The notes below the pieces were generated by a model. That model had not been told where the DNA came from. It did not search any database and saw only the letters and a list, made by a program, of their open reading frames with translations. Shown here piece by piece: positions 37,900-51,625 of a stretch of 64,000 nt of DNA. The translations under genes and the position numbers were made by a program. How positions within the stretch are numbered: the stretch's first letter is position 1; each line of letters starts with the position of its first letter. The stretch comes from Epiperipatus broadwayi (taxonomy: Eukaryota; Animalia; Onychophora). The DNA is taken from the NCBI GenBank assembly GCA_028023455.1, contig JAQFVV010000006.1, positions 7,936,001 to 8,000,000 on the forward strand. The letters run 5' to 3'.

Positions 37900-38850
37900 A
37901 TCATAGTCAATAGAATTAATTTGGTTTCTACATCTTCCAAGCTGTCATCCTAAACTGAGTATGTCCGTTAATGCCATATCTGGATGTCAATACATTTTGA
38001 TATTTATGTTCATTTTCTAAACTGCAAAATTGAGCAAAATTTGTAGCTTATTTGTAAAATACCTTCACAAAACTCCAGTGTCAATTTCATTTGATGTGAT
38101 TCTTCATAAACTTCAGGATCTGTAAAGATTTTTTTTTATATTTGAAGAAGATATTGAAGATATCATCGAAATATAATCTTTCTCATTTCTTGAGTTTATT
38201 GTAATATCTATGTAAATGTTTTAAACATTTGAATAAATTTGCATAAGGCATGCTATATTTAAATATATTGATTCTAATGGAGAAGTGTGAATCCTATGAA
38301 TATGACAAGAAGTATTGAAAGCATGCTTAGCAAATAATAAATAAAAATGCTAAACTATAATATATTTTCTAATAAATGTTTGAAACATTTACATAGTTAT
38401 ATGAAAACTTCAAATTTGGCTTCAAATGTTTTGATTAAGTGAAATATGACAATATTTGTCGTATTAACATCTTGAAGTTTAACAATTACTACATGTAAAT
38501 GTAAACACAAATTAGTAAAAAAAATATTAATTAGAAAAACTATTCTTATCCAATAAGTGATTATACTGTTCGGGAATTTTCTCATTATATATGAAATGAG
38601 TCTATCTTCATCTAAGACCTCAATAAATCTTTGAATAAGTTTTCCATAACTTAATCACTGGATATTGTCATACATAATTAAATTGATGTACACTTAATTT
38701 TATCTCTTTTAACTCTCTCTTGATAAATTACATTTCAAGGCAAAATGATACTTTTGATTAAATTCACAGTCTCAATCGTATATCATTGATATTTGAACAA
38801 TCTTGGTATCCATAGATATAGTCCAATCTTCTGGGACAAACTTACAAGTG
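37900..38850 (-). mobile_element. Possible degenerate PLE linker and endonuclease remnant
   Basis: Fragments NLKFSYNYVNVSNI and WSFVKVFYK.ATNFAQFCSLENEHK weakly resemble PLE motifs. Many stops. Confidence 0.3.
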
Positions 38851-40612
38851 AGTAGTAAAGTTTATATATTTTAGTTTTTGTTTTGATTAGTAGATGGCAA
38901 CAGTTATTAGTGAATTATAAAGATCTGTAGATCAAAGGTTAAATTGCAGAACTTAAATTGTGCAAAATGGTGGTATTTGCTCATACTTATTAATAAAGCA
39001 TAAATCATTGCAAAGATCTTTTTTGTTCTTATTGTTGTCAGATTATTCGCTGCAATTGGATTTAATAAATAAAAATATATTTTTATAATTATACAATGTA
39101 TTTAGCATTTAAAATTATGTGGTGTGACACTTTTTTCATTTTTTTTTTATATCTAAAATTAATTTCATTAATAATTCTGTTAGCAAATAGTTTTACTCTG
39201 ATGAAAGCATTGCTAAAAGTGAAAGCTACATATATAAAAAATTATATGTTGCAAAAGTTACCTTTGATTTAGTTATGGTATTTGCCACATCATGCTTTAA
39301 TAATTAAAAAAAATTCAATTAGCACACAAACGATTATAAAATTCTTTAGCATATTCTAGTAATTTAAAACTAGTGTCTGTCTGGAAGTTGAAGTTTTAGG
39401 TTTTATTATGACATTGCAATCACTATATTCTCTACATTGTTTTAAGCCTAGCTATAAGCTTATGTTGCTGTTGCAGTAGTGGTAGTTTGCCACTTCCCTT
39501 CCCTTCAGCTGCAATTTTAATGTATTAGTTGAAAATCAATCTGAAGATGTCAGCATTATATGGAACTTTTTGTGTGATTGACAGTACCCTATTCATGAAA
39601 AATTTCTGATTGGCCAAGTGCTTTAATCTGAGGCCAAATAACTGAATACTCTACATTTCTGAAGAAAAATGTAATTTTGAGTAATTTGTTTACAAATTAA
39701 AAGTTATGATGCAATCTTTTTGTAAAAAAACTTATTTTAAAGCAAAAACTATGTCACTAATAAAATACTGTCTCTAAAAACAAATCATTTATAAAAAGAC
39801 AACTCTTAAAAAGTGTATTATGCCAACAGGAAGCAGTTTCCACCGAGTAAAAAATTTGTTGTTAATAACAATAAATAATTTATTAACTTTTATATTTGTT
39901 TTCCTTTATTTGATGATAACTAGCCATAAATATATCTTTCTTTCAATAACATAAAATTCAAACATCTAATATTTCATTATTCTAACTTTTTGAATAAGTA
40001 AATTACATCCAATGGTGGCATGTTCCATTGTTATAGGTAAAAACTTCATTTAGATATTTATCTTCATATTTTAAATATTTACATATATATTTAAAATTGC
40101 TATCATTTGAAAGCTTACGTATGTAATTATTAAAGTTAAGGTTATAAGTATATTATATAGAATAAAGGTTTAATTATAGAAATAAAATATTCAAATATGG
40201 TTGAATATTTAACAAAAGAATCACTGGGTACTTCGTAAAGTGGACAAAATTAGTTTTCAGCTGAACAAGTTTTTAAAAAAATGAATAATTTATAAGCACA
40301 TTAAATGACTAAATTTTATAAATTGTTTAAAAGCCAGCAAAGTTTTCATATGTCTCCTCTGGCATGCATGCTGTAATTCACCATATTTGTACAGACACAA
40401 AAAGTTTCCTACACAGATTTAGCATAAACAAAATAAACTCAGAGACCACAATCCATATTTTTGTTCAATCTGGGGATATCTAATATCTCTTTGATATTCT
40501 TATCATGTTGAGAAAATAATCATAAGCTGGACTGTAAAGTGAAAATATATAATTATTGTATTACTTATTTACTACATAAAAATACTTTAAACATATATTT
40601 TTTTTGTTTTAC

Positions 40613-40752
40613 TATCATCAGCAACCAATGTCCACTTGTAAATGAGTACAAGCATTCCAATTTCGAAGAAAACCAAATAGAAAGACCAAAAAATGCAATA
40701 AAGATGAGGAATGTAATTATAGAAACCAATTCATTTAACAAAGATACATACC
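40613..40752 (-). CDS. Candidate exon encoding a transmembrane-like segment
   Basis: ttttataag acceptor and GTAAA donor. Open frame YVSLLNELVSIITFLIFIAFFGLSIWFSSKLECLYSFTSGHWLLMI. No family recognised. Confidence 0.25.
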
Positions 40753-42352
40753 CTTATAAAATATGATAGTCCATTAGTATGAATATGTGATATTGTATGG
40801 TCCTGTCTTTTAACTTATTACTGAAAATATCATAACAGAATGCAGTATATGAATAAATAAAGCTGCTTACATGTTAATGCTCCAAATTAACTAAATGCAG
40901 GATATGCTCAGATTAAGGCTGCCAATTGTACATGCGTATGCGTAAAAGAAAATTTTCAACTACATACATACATTACCAAAATAAACATATCTCCCGACTC
41001 CATCTACCTCTACATGCACCAACTAAACCATAATACAGGCACACTTTTATATTCTCCTCAACCGAATTAAAATACTTGGAAAAAGATCAGATGACTTTCA
41101 ATTTGGGAGAATGTAGATTCAAAATGTTTCCACAGTTTGAAAGTGTCTATTGTGGTAAATTTCAAAATGCAATCAATAAAAAGAGTACAAATTTGTTGTT
41201 GAAAAAAAAAAGTATAAACATGAATCATTCTGTAATTATCTGCACTTAATAAATTTGCAAACTAATTAACCTTGAATTTATAATTTTCTAATTAACAAAA
41301 ACAAAATCTTTTATATTTTAAATCAAATTTAAACTTAAATGGATTTTTTTTTTCCACATTCCATTTAAAAAAAGAAAAATCACTGCCTTTTTCATTTCTT
41401 TTTTTTTTTTTTTTTACAATTTAAATAAAAATATAACATTCAGATTTAGCATTCAATACCTAAACACTCATAGTTGCAGAGACATTTCCAGCTATGATTT
41501 GACTAGAATGACTAAGTGACTCTTGGTCTTATGAGGTAATTTATCAGGGTAAGATGGGTGAGTTTAATGGCCTAAATGTGTGTCCACAGTAGTCCAGGTA
41601 TACAGGTTTATCTCTTGCTCACAATATTACTATTTTATATTCATTTATCCTCAGGTACACTTTTTATATAATTCTTTATGTTTGTAATTCTACATTCCTC
41701 TTTTAATCTATCATGTATTCATAATAATAAAGAGGGGGGTCCTGACAGAGATATTTTAAGTGCTGGCTCTGGCTAAGCATTTATCATAAAGCTTGTAGAG
41801 GAATTGGCAACCCTCATTGTTTATAATTGTCATTGTAAACATAGTACTTATTTAATAAATATTTGGCAAGAAAATATATATATATAACATTCATCCCTTA
41901 ATCTATCAATCTTTAGTGTCTATATAAATATATCTGACCATAGATAAAGATGGTACCCACTTTATTGTTTAAGGAGGTTGCCTTGACTACAGGTTGACCA
42001 TTATTGACTGTTTAAAGGTTGATTTTTATCATCTGTAATTATAAACTAATTAAAACCTTGAGTAACTGACTTATGGGCTAAGTAAAAATATAAAATATTA
42101 TAATTTTAATGCCTCATAAGTTGGTTTTTTTTGTATAATTTTTTTTTACATTCTTCAGTTAAAATTTATATACCACTAAATATAATTGTTAATCCATTAT
42201 TTTTATACAACAAAATAATTTAAATTTGTTAATATCAACATGTGGTATTAAACAATTGCCATATTGAATGATACCATTTGACTCTTTAGTTTACACAATA
42301 TGGATATAAATAAGAGATCCTTGCTCTATCACAATCTAAAGTAAGTTGGTAT

Positions 42353-42603
42353 TTTAGTATTAAAGCTGCAACATGGAACATGTATTAGACCTACTGTGCC
42401 TGTTCACTTTCGCATCAATCCGCAAATAACTTATGTAATCTTGTGATCTGACCAAAATAATGTGTACACAGTGTACATGACATTTTTTGGCAAAGCATCT
42501 TGTACATGGTATTTTGGCAAGAATTACAATGTTATTGGGAGGTTGATACGAATGTGAACAGGCACAGTAGGTCTAATACATGCTCCGTGGTGCAGGGCTA
42601 AAA
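42353..42603. mobile_element. MITE-like fold-back with about 80-bp arms
   Basis: catgtattagacctactgtgcctgttcac (42378-42406) is inverted at 42553-42581. Confidence 0.75.
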
Positions 42604-42684
42604 ATAAGTAAAAATAAAAAATAGTAAATCAATAAATATATTGATCATTTTCAATAACAAATGCAAGTAAATATCTATGACTTA

Positions 42685-42975
42685 AAACATTAACAAGTTT
42701 CCAACAAAAAAAAAATGCAACTTTCATAAATATGTACGACTTTCAATAATAACAAGTTGACTTTCACAAATACGCATGACTTTCAATATTAACAAGTTTC
42801 AAAAAAAAATGCAAATTTCAACACTAACAACTTTTAAGAATGACATTTAAAGTAAAATTTCAACATTAACAAGTTTCCAAAAAAATGTGATTTTCATAAA
42901 TATGTACAACTTTCAACATTAACAAGTTTGGGGGGGGGGTGCTACCTTCAACACTAACAACATTTAAGAATGACA
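42685..42975. repeat. Degenerate tandem array (caacattaacaagttt / actttcataaatatgtac subunits)
   Basis: Recurrent 15-30 bp blocks, with a larger duplicated block about 130 bp apart. Confidence 0.75.
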
Positions 42976-45463
42976 TTTAAAACAAAAAATAAAATGTACA
43001 TGTGCAATATTACAATAATGACAACATTAATAAAAAAAAATAGTTTAAATTTACACCAAACAGTAAATAATTTTGATTTTTAAGTAATTTGGATAATAAA
43101 TGCATTAATTATATTCCTATGACCCTTACCATGTAATATATAACAGGAATTTACCCATTAAAGCCAAACTTTGTACATTATACTATTACCACAGAAAATG
43201 GAGATCTAAAGTAAAAATTTTGCTTCTGAAAATGCACCACATGATTGCAAAGTATGCTTGGATTTTCAGAGAAATGCTAATAAACATTTTTTTTTAAATA
43301 AAGAAATTAAACCAAAAGTACAAAAATAAAATACATATTAATTATTAGACTTTTATTACATTTTTATTTATCCTGGCTTTGGTCAGAAAGAAATCTAAAC
43401 AATAACTGAAAATGTCAAAGTATTACAAAAAGAAAAAAAAGATCGCATTGATAAAAAAAAAACACGTTTTTGCATATACTCGCAGGGATTATTTTCTTTC
43501 AACTGGAAGTCATGACATTACACATTTATTGTGGGTGTGAAAAGGCCTCTTATCTCCCCTATGTTGCAACTTTAATACTAAAGTACCAGTAATGCATTTA
43601 AATGCATTAACATTTGGTAATCAATGATTATTTAACCTGTGTAGATGTAGTGTTTGAGCAGAAAGTTGTTCTTATATATATGTGTAATAAATTAAGTTTG
43701 ATGCCTGTATTCTTTCCAAAATATATGTAATATTCAAATCAATACATATATATATATATAAAATTACAGTAAATTATAGTTATTTTATTTCAAGTACTTT
43801 CGAGTATACATCTTGTAGTCTTTATCAACCATATGACATTGAATAATCAAAACAAGACATCTTTTCATGATACCCATAGTTCAATTTAGTTTAGTTCTCC
43901 CACAATTCTGCTATTTTAGCATTTGATGCTTACAAATTCATTAACATTTGATGACTTCTTGAAATCAACGTAGCCTCTTTTATTTTATGTTTATTATGGC
44001 TAACAAATATCAAGTGACTAAATTTATAATATTTTTTATTAACATTGGTCTATACGTGATTTTTTTAAAATTCTTTCTTTACTGTATCATTTTTAAAAAT
44101 ATGATTAAAATTTCATCGACAGATCAAGATGCATTGAAATATTTTCAAAATTACTGAATAGTACTGTCTGCCTATATATTTGTTATACTTTGCTTAATCA
44201 TGTTTTATTTTTATTTTCTTTACTGCATTTACATGATAAAAATATTTTCAAAATTGAGATAGTGCTCACCCAAAAAGTGGTGTCTGTCTGCATGCTCGTT
44301 AGAGACTAGTAAATAATGTTTTTTTTTTTTAATTTTATTTACTGTATTTACATTAAAAAAAAAATTGAATTACACAACCCTTTGGACTTTGGTATTTCTT
44401 TATCATTTTAATAAATAAAAACCATAATTATTGAATAGATAACTTAGAGCCAGCCATATTGTTTATACCATATATTGTAAGCCACTGAAAATGGATTATT
44501 TAAAAAATAATAGATGGAAAGCTTCAAGTAGGCAAGCTACATAAATACCCCTATTTAATACATTGATATACAAATATTTTATTATTTACAATTTAGATAC
44601 ATAATGTATTAATATAATTATTATTACTAATGATTGTTATATATATATATGATTAGATATGTTTTTAGTGATTATTTGTTTAGCAGAAATAAAATAATCA
44701 AAAACTTTTAATATGTAACTTTTTGTATAGTATTACCTCAACAAAGGTAGATTAGAAACCACGTTCTATTAATAACCTTTTCTGAATTGATTCCAAGAAT
44801 CCTCACAGTGGCACTATTATGTAAAATTTGATTGAAAAAAGAAGTGTCTCATTACAGCATTTGAATGGTGCACAGGCTGATACCAGTATTGCAATTATAA
44901 AATTAATGGATTCAAGAGATCAGTAATCAATATATATTTTAATTTTATTACCTAGAAGTCAAGAGTTATCATCAAATAAGAACGTTTTGTAGTTTAAAGA
45001 TACTAAAGATATTTTTATGATTATATAATGTTTTTTAAAAGGAGTATAAATAAAATCATGAAAAAAAAAATATGTAATTCTGATTATATAGAAAGGTGTT
45101 TTTTGCTTTTCATAAATTTATTGCTTTAAATGTTTACTCCATTACTTTAGATATACGTTAAATTAATGTTCAAAAATTATGCTAAAAATAGTTGAGTTTT
45201 GCTGCAAACTCTGTTCATATGGAAAATCATTTACGAGAATAATTAAATTTTGCAAAATTTTAGAGAAATCGTTAAGAAAATATTGCAGTTGTGTGAAATT
45301 CGGTTTTTTTTCAAAGACTAATATTTCAATAGTAAGATATAAAAATATGTGAATGCTCCAATAAATTATTATTGCAAAATTACTTTTAAGAAAACACAAT
45401 TGCCCAAATATAAGTGGCAGATAATGATATAAATGTGCTTTTTTGAATTATAATTTATTAACG

Positions 45464-46377
45464 TTATTTTAAGAAATCTTCAAGGTCAAATTATTGCATG
45501 GACTAATATTTTTTTTATTTATTTCCTAAGGAGGAAATAATATTCTTCACATATACCATTTGCTAATAGGTGGAAGTAGCTTAAAAATAATATATATATA
45601 TATACACATTTCCTTTTTGTGATTAATCAACAGTGTAAATTATTATAAGATTTTGACCATTTTAATTATTAATTTTGAGAAGCATAAAAAATTAGTTATT
45701 CAAAATTCACATTTGATTTTATTTGCTAGAGGAGATAGTATGTAATTTAAACAGCAAGATTTTTTCATCGTAACACATGCGCTGTACTGTTTTTATAATA
45801 TCTCAACAATGACTAAGATAAAAGATAGAGACTTTTGACAAGATAAGAGCAGCCATCTTATCTTTAAACCTACTTTCTAATTATATAGGCCTATCTAACG
45901 CATCTCAGAAAATAATGAAAGTGAACAGAAAAACATCTTCATGCTCTTAAACTGAGATGCTTTAGATTGGCCTATATAACTAGAAAGTAGATTTAAAGAT
46001 AAGACAGACACTCTTATTTTTTCAAAAGTCTCTATGTTGTGTCCTCAATACTCAACAAGGCCTCATTGAGATATTATAAAAAAAAAAAAGTACATCGCAC
46101 ATGTTGGGATGAAAAATCCTTACTGTTTTAATATTATTTTTAGAAATTTTCAAGGGCAAATTATAGCATGGAATAATAATTATTTTATTCTTTCTTAGGG
46201 AGAAAATAATATCCTTCACCTATATTACTTGATAACAGGAGGGTGCAGCTTAAAAATGAAGCACCCACAACATTTTCATTTTGTGAACCCTGGTAAGGTA
46301 AATTATCATAATGACATTTTCTATATAGAATTGTAATTATTAATTTTTGAGAAGCTTAAGAAATATGTTATTCAAAA
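45464..46377. repeat. Diverged about 245-bp direct repeats (45464-45705 and 46131-46377) flanking a 330-bp fold-back (45772-46105)
   Basis: Fold-back arms about 45772-45908 and 45953-46105. Partial arm copy at about 49100-49180. Confidence 0.75.
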
Positions 46378-47963
46378 GTCTTAAGTTATGAATTTAAAAT
46401 GATTAAAGCCATTAAATTTTTACAGTAATTGCTTTTCCCCCACTAATGTTATCGCCTTTGGAGTTCTGTTAACTTTATGGAATATATATTTCATTCCTGC
46501 ACCATATTAACTGAAACTATTGTGGAAATTAAATCTTGAATCAAAATTCCCTAAATCTTGATGGCTCATCATTTAAAAGCAGTGTCAGTTCAGTGAATAG
46601 TCATTAAGTATAAAGAGATTATCATGTGGTGTTACTGTACAATATTGATTTGATGTTAGCAACAATAAATATATTAAGTATTTCACATAATTTTTAAATG
46701 GGGATGAGATCTTTAAGTATTGTCTACATTAAGTTTTAATAAATATCTCGCTGGCATCATTGTTCAAATACAAAGCAAACAAAAATGGAATCAATTTTAT
46801 CAATGGTCTGAGTTTTTATTAAGCAAGCATAAACAATGTTATTCACAAGATTAGATATCAATTTTACTCAGAGTTTTATCAAATCTAATTCAAAGAGGGC
46901 TTAAGAAATACTCATATGATATAATCTCTAAGTATTAATTTGAATTTATCTCTCAACCATTCTAATTTTCTTTTCAAAGCACCTCATATGAATGTCAATA
47001 CACCACCTATTGAGAGAAAATGCTAACTCTTTTTTAAAGTATATGTCATTTAATATATATTTTATTCATAATATGGCTGACAGGTTACCTGAAAATTCAG
47101 CAACATGAATCACTTTTAAACCCTGCCTCCATTGGTTTCTATTGTCTCTTGGCAGTCAAATTGCAGGGAAGGTGGTTAGAACCTGATTGCTAACACATAA
47201 TTAATGAGGGTCTGTTAGAAAATATTGCAATACTGTAAAAATTATTTTAAAATGTTATACTTTTAAAGCATAAATTGATTGATTTATCAGACATTGATTT
47301 TCATTCATTCCCATTTCAAAAACAAATTTAAAATAAAAAAGATTTCATATGTTTCTGAAAAAAATCTAATCCAATGAATGATGAAATAGTAGTTTTGTTT
47401 TGATCACAATATAATTGTATTGATGTTTAAAGAAATCAAATGAAATTTTTTACAATTCACTTTATTTTTAAGCAAAATATCTATCAAATGAAGTCAAATT
47501 TATTCTATTCTGATAAACAATAATGGTTTGATATTAAATTTAATGTTTAAAGCTTACTACCAGTGAAAATAGTTAAAACTATTACAATGATAGTGCAGTA
47601 TAAGTGTTAAGCTAATAAATTTTTAAAAAATCCCCTAGTGGTGACTTTTGCAACATCAACAATTTTTATCTAATCAATTATATTTCCTAAAATTTTGAAT
47701 TATTTGTTAGAAATATACATTAACAAACAAAAAACATTCTTAACAGTAATATTAAATCTTTGCAAATATAGAAAAAAATATTAAATTTAAATACACAATA
47801 AGATTGATAAGAACAATAATTTTACGCTTAGTGGATACTCATCCACCTCATTGGTAAAAATATTAAATTAAAAAAATCAGATTTATTTTAATCCAGTTTC
47901 TAAACCCTTACAAAACTATTTAAAATTATTTTTATTATTTTTGCTTTTTTTTCATATGTCAAC

Positions 47964-48035
47964 TGCATTGACCAGGAAGCGAACCCAGACCAGCTGCTTG
48001 GAAGGCAGCTATGCTAACTGCTAGGTCACCAATGA
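47964..48035 (-). pseudogene. tRNA-Gly(TCC) pseudogene or SINE head
   Basis: 72 nt colinear with eukaryotic tRNA-Gly-TCC (GTTAGCATAGCTGCCTTCCAAGCAG). D-arm and T-arm substitutions; B box GGTTCGCTTCC. Confidence 0.75.
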
Positions 48036-49837
48036 TGCAAAAATCTGCTGCAATCCATATAGTAGCACATTACTGCCACCATTAGATTTTTTTTGAATCA
48101 ATATATCACAATTATATTAGTTCCAGTTTTTGCCACCAAATAAACATAAAACTGGAAAACTGGTGTTATAGACAGCCAAAAAAGAATTAAAGCCAAAGCA
48201 ACCACCAGCAATCTCCCCCAAGTAACTTTTCTGGAAAAAGCATCTAAGGAGTTACCCTTTCTTATATAATAACATATTTTAATATATTTCTTTAATTACT
48301 TATATCGTTATTCCTATTTGTACAATTTACTTCAATCACTGCATTTATCTACACAATTGTCCAAGTCAAGAACTTTCATACAGTAATTAAGATTTAATAT
48401 AGATTCTAAATTGTTGCAATTGTATAACTACGTATAAGCAATATCCAAGTTTCTGTCTAATCTTATTAAGTCATTGCTTTTCTTAGATTATAACACACAT
48501 TATAAGCCATTGGTGTTACAGTTAAATTACTGTATAATATATCACACATATTCATAATACTGAAACAATACTATACTTATAAGATAGAGTTAAAGTTGGT
48601 ATATAACACTTACAAAAAAAAGTTCTATGAATATTCTCCCCTAAATTTGCATGTGACATTGCTTGTTTCTGGTCAGTATTATGTATCTACTTTTAATATA
48701 CTCCGTTCTTTAACTGTGAGTTTAATTGTAAAATTGTAATAACAATTACCATTATCTACAATGTCTGTTGTTTTGATTGTACTATATATAAAATTGTTAA
48801 CATCATTCTTCAAAGAATTAAATTATTATTGATTATCACATATATACCTGGCTTCATTTGCAACATAAAATTAACATCCACTGATGTCATTTGAATGTTC
48901 AATGACCAAACTATCGAGAATGAATGTGTACATCATTTTTAATGTTCAATGAACATTCCAAATAAGATTTACTATTTCTAGTAATGTTGTAATTATATTT
49001 TATAGAACGTAGAGGAAGTACATGTAAACACTTAAACAGGCTTTACCCTGTAATGAATGTGACTTAAAATTTCTAATAAGCAATATTATTTTGCTGATAG
49101 AGTGGCCTATATAAGTAGAAATTTAGGTGAAAGATAAAACAGCTGCTCTTATCTTTATAAAAGTTGCTATCTTGTGTTGTGGTTTGTGAAGTCCCTCTAT
49201 TGGCAAAATAATATTTCTTAGTAATATAAATTATGTTAGTTCTCAAATAATAAATGCTTCAATATAAGATCACCACATAATCATTTGTGCTTTTAGGCAT
49301 CAGAATTGGATGCAAAATTATATTTTAGAGATATTGTAAAAAAACATGGTGATACTATCCCTACATCAAGAAAATAATTTAAACATAAATAACATTTATT
49401 ATACAACAGTTATTTCATCGTCATCATTCTTGCTCTTGGAATTTTACTCCACCTTTCCACTTGCTCGGGTGTGTGTGTTCTGAAACCAGGGTCTTAGAAA
49501 TACATGTTATTTTTCACCATTCAATCATTCCTCAAATATTCATTTTATATATCAAACATTGGCAATTTAAGATCCAGACAGAACATTGATGTTTACAAAA
49601 ATAAAATATTATATAGAATGTACAATACATTTAGATCTCCATTCTTTTCTTTGATTACTAAAGAATTGAAACAATGGTCATGAGAATACTGCATTATAAA
49701 GAATCAGTTCTTATTTCTGAAGGTTAATGTATTGCTAATCTTCAATGTACATTTATCTGTATCACTTTTGTCCATTAGGCTGGTTTATTACATTTTACCA
49801 CTAAACAACACATGATAACCATTCTTTCTGCATACAC

Positions 49838-50165
49838 AAACTGTTTACACAGTGACTAAACTCTCCATACAGTAGTGTCACTCAGTGAGCTTGCATTGAA
49901 AACATTCTGTTTTCATTTCGGACTAAAAGCATTATCGATAGCTAATAAGGTAAGAGGTGGCTGCTGGAGAGTTGCATTAGATCCTAAGATCTAGAAGCAG
50001 TGCTCTCAGATCCAAGACTCCCCCCAGTGATAAAAGCCACAAACTAGAAACTAGTCTGGGGTTACTGGATGAGTAGACACAAGATAGGGATTTATGTACA
50101 AACCTCCTTGCATCCGTTGATTATTCTGGTTTGCACCGAGGGATGCTACTCTATGGAGAGATTAG
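49838..50165 (+). mobile_element. Family A copy preceded by an inverted copy of its own 3' tail
   Basis: 49861-49887 is inverted relative to 50134-50160. HHR remnant at 50023-50060. Confidence 0.8.
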
Positions 50166-50851
50166 CTTCCATGTTCATTATATTTTATTTCTGTAAATAA
50201 ATAAATTTAAATCTTCAATTTCACTACACATACTTGAAACATATCAAAAAAGACACTTGAAAAAAATAATAAATCTACAATCTGCATTTCAGGCTGAGCA
50301 AGAGACTTTCAGTTGGCCAGGATCATAATCACTTATCCATGACTACCTCATTTATTTACCATTTATCAATATCAAATTAGCACGATGTGATTTACAAATA
50401 TCAAACTGTATGCATTAATAACTTTGCCAAAATCCAGATTATATAAATATTTTGATGACTGTTACTAATCATTTATTAGATTAGAGATTATCACATCATT
50501 CATAATCAGATATAAACTTTAATTCCAGATAAATGTTAATGTATCTGTTTTTAGTAAATATTTAATCACCTGGTATTACTAATCCAACTTCATTCTTCTT
50601 TTATGCAAGTTATTAGTTTTTTTAGTAAATAGAGTTACATCTTTCATTTCATTATCGATTCTTTAAATATATGAATAAAAACATCAGAAAAAGATTAATT
50701 ATCCCCACAATTGATTTCAAGCTGAAAGAGGACGCTCTGAGGAAGGTACTTGATATTGTACTGAAATGTCAGCATTTAACTTTTTCATTACACGGAATAT
50801 CCCGCAAATAGTAATAATAATATGACATCTTTTATCCATGAAAACATTAGA

Positions 50852-50882
<31 letters not shown>

Positions 50883-51449
50883 ACTTTCATAACTGTTTAT
50901 TCCTAATACAGTTAAATAATTTTTTTATGAAATAAATAAAAAAGAGAAAACAATGAACTTAGAGTTGCCTGAATTTCTCCAAGATTTGGGAAGTGGTAAT
51001 AGAAGTAAAAATTTAACTACCTTGCATCAAATATGCAAGCATTATGCAGGCACCATATCAGAGACTGTGGAAAAGATTATAAGCATAAAATTTCTCAAAA
51101 TAAATGTCAATCTTAAAAAATTTACTTAAGACCTTTAGGTTTTGTGACCTAAATTTTATTATCTATAAAATTAAAATCAAGATTGTTAGAAAATATAAAT
51201 AAAAAAGATTTATGAGTATGTAATCATTATGGATTACAATACATACATAATTATGTTAAATTAAACTTATACATGCATAGTATACAATTAATAAATATGG
51301 AATATTATGAATGATAAAATGAGTTATTTTAAATGTAATTCAATAAATTATTAAATTGTTTTTATCTATAATTTTTAAAGGATTCTCAATACTATTGTTT
51401 CCTGTAACTATCATTCATTTTTCATAATCCCTTGAAAAAGTGTTCTTTC

Positions 51450-51625
51450 ATATATACTTTAATGCAAAAAAAATAAATAAAACTTCTTTATTTTCCTGAC
51501 AGATTTGACTGTCAGCAGTCTTTATCAGAGCTTTCTCAAACGTCGTCTGCTCTGATGAAGACTGCTGGACAGTCGAAACTGTTAGGAAAATAAAGAAGTT
51601 TTATTTTAAAAAAATTTGCATAAAT
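51450..51625. mobile_element. Family E fold-back with intact hammerhead core on + (51549-51585) and decayed core on -
   Basis: gct-CTGATGA-a-gactg ctgga cagtc-GAAAC-T-GTT-ag. Confidence 0.85.

Noticed and set aside
45772-46105. Hammerhead within this fold-back
   Set aside because: An internal 9-bp hairpin exists, but no consistent CUGANGA/GAAA core is present across the three arm copies.
47964-48035. Functional tRNA-Gly gene
   Set aside because: The D-arm and T-stem substitutions and the altered B box indicate a pseudogene or SINE.
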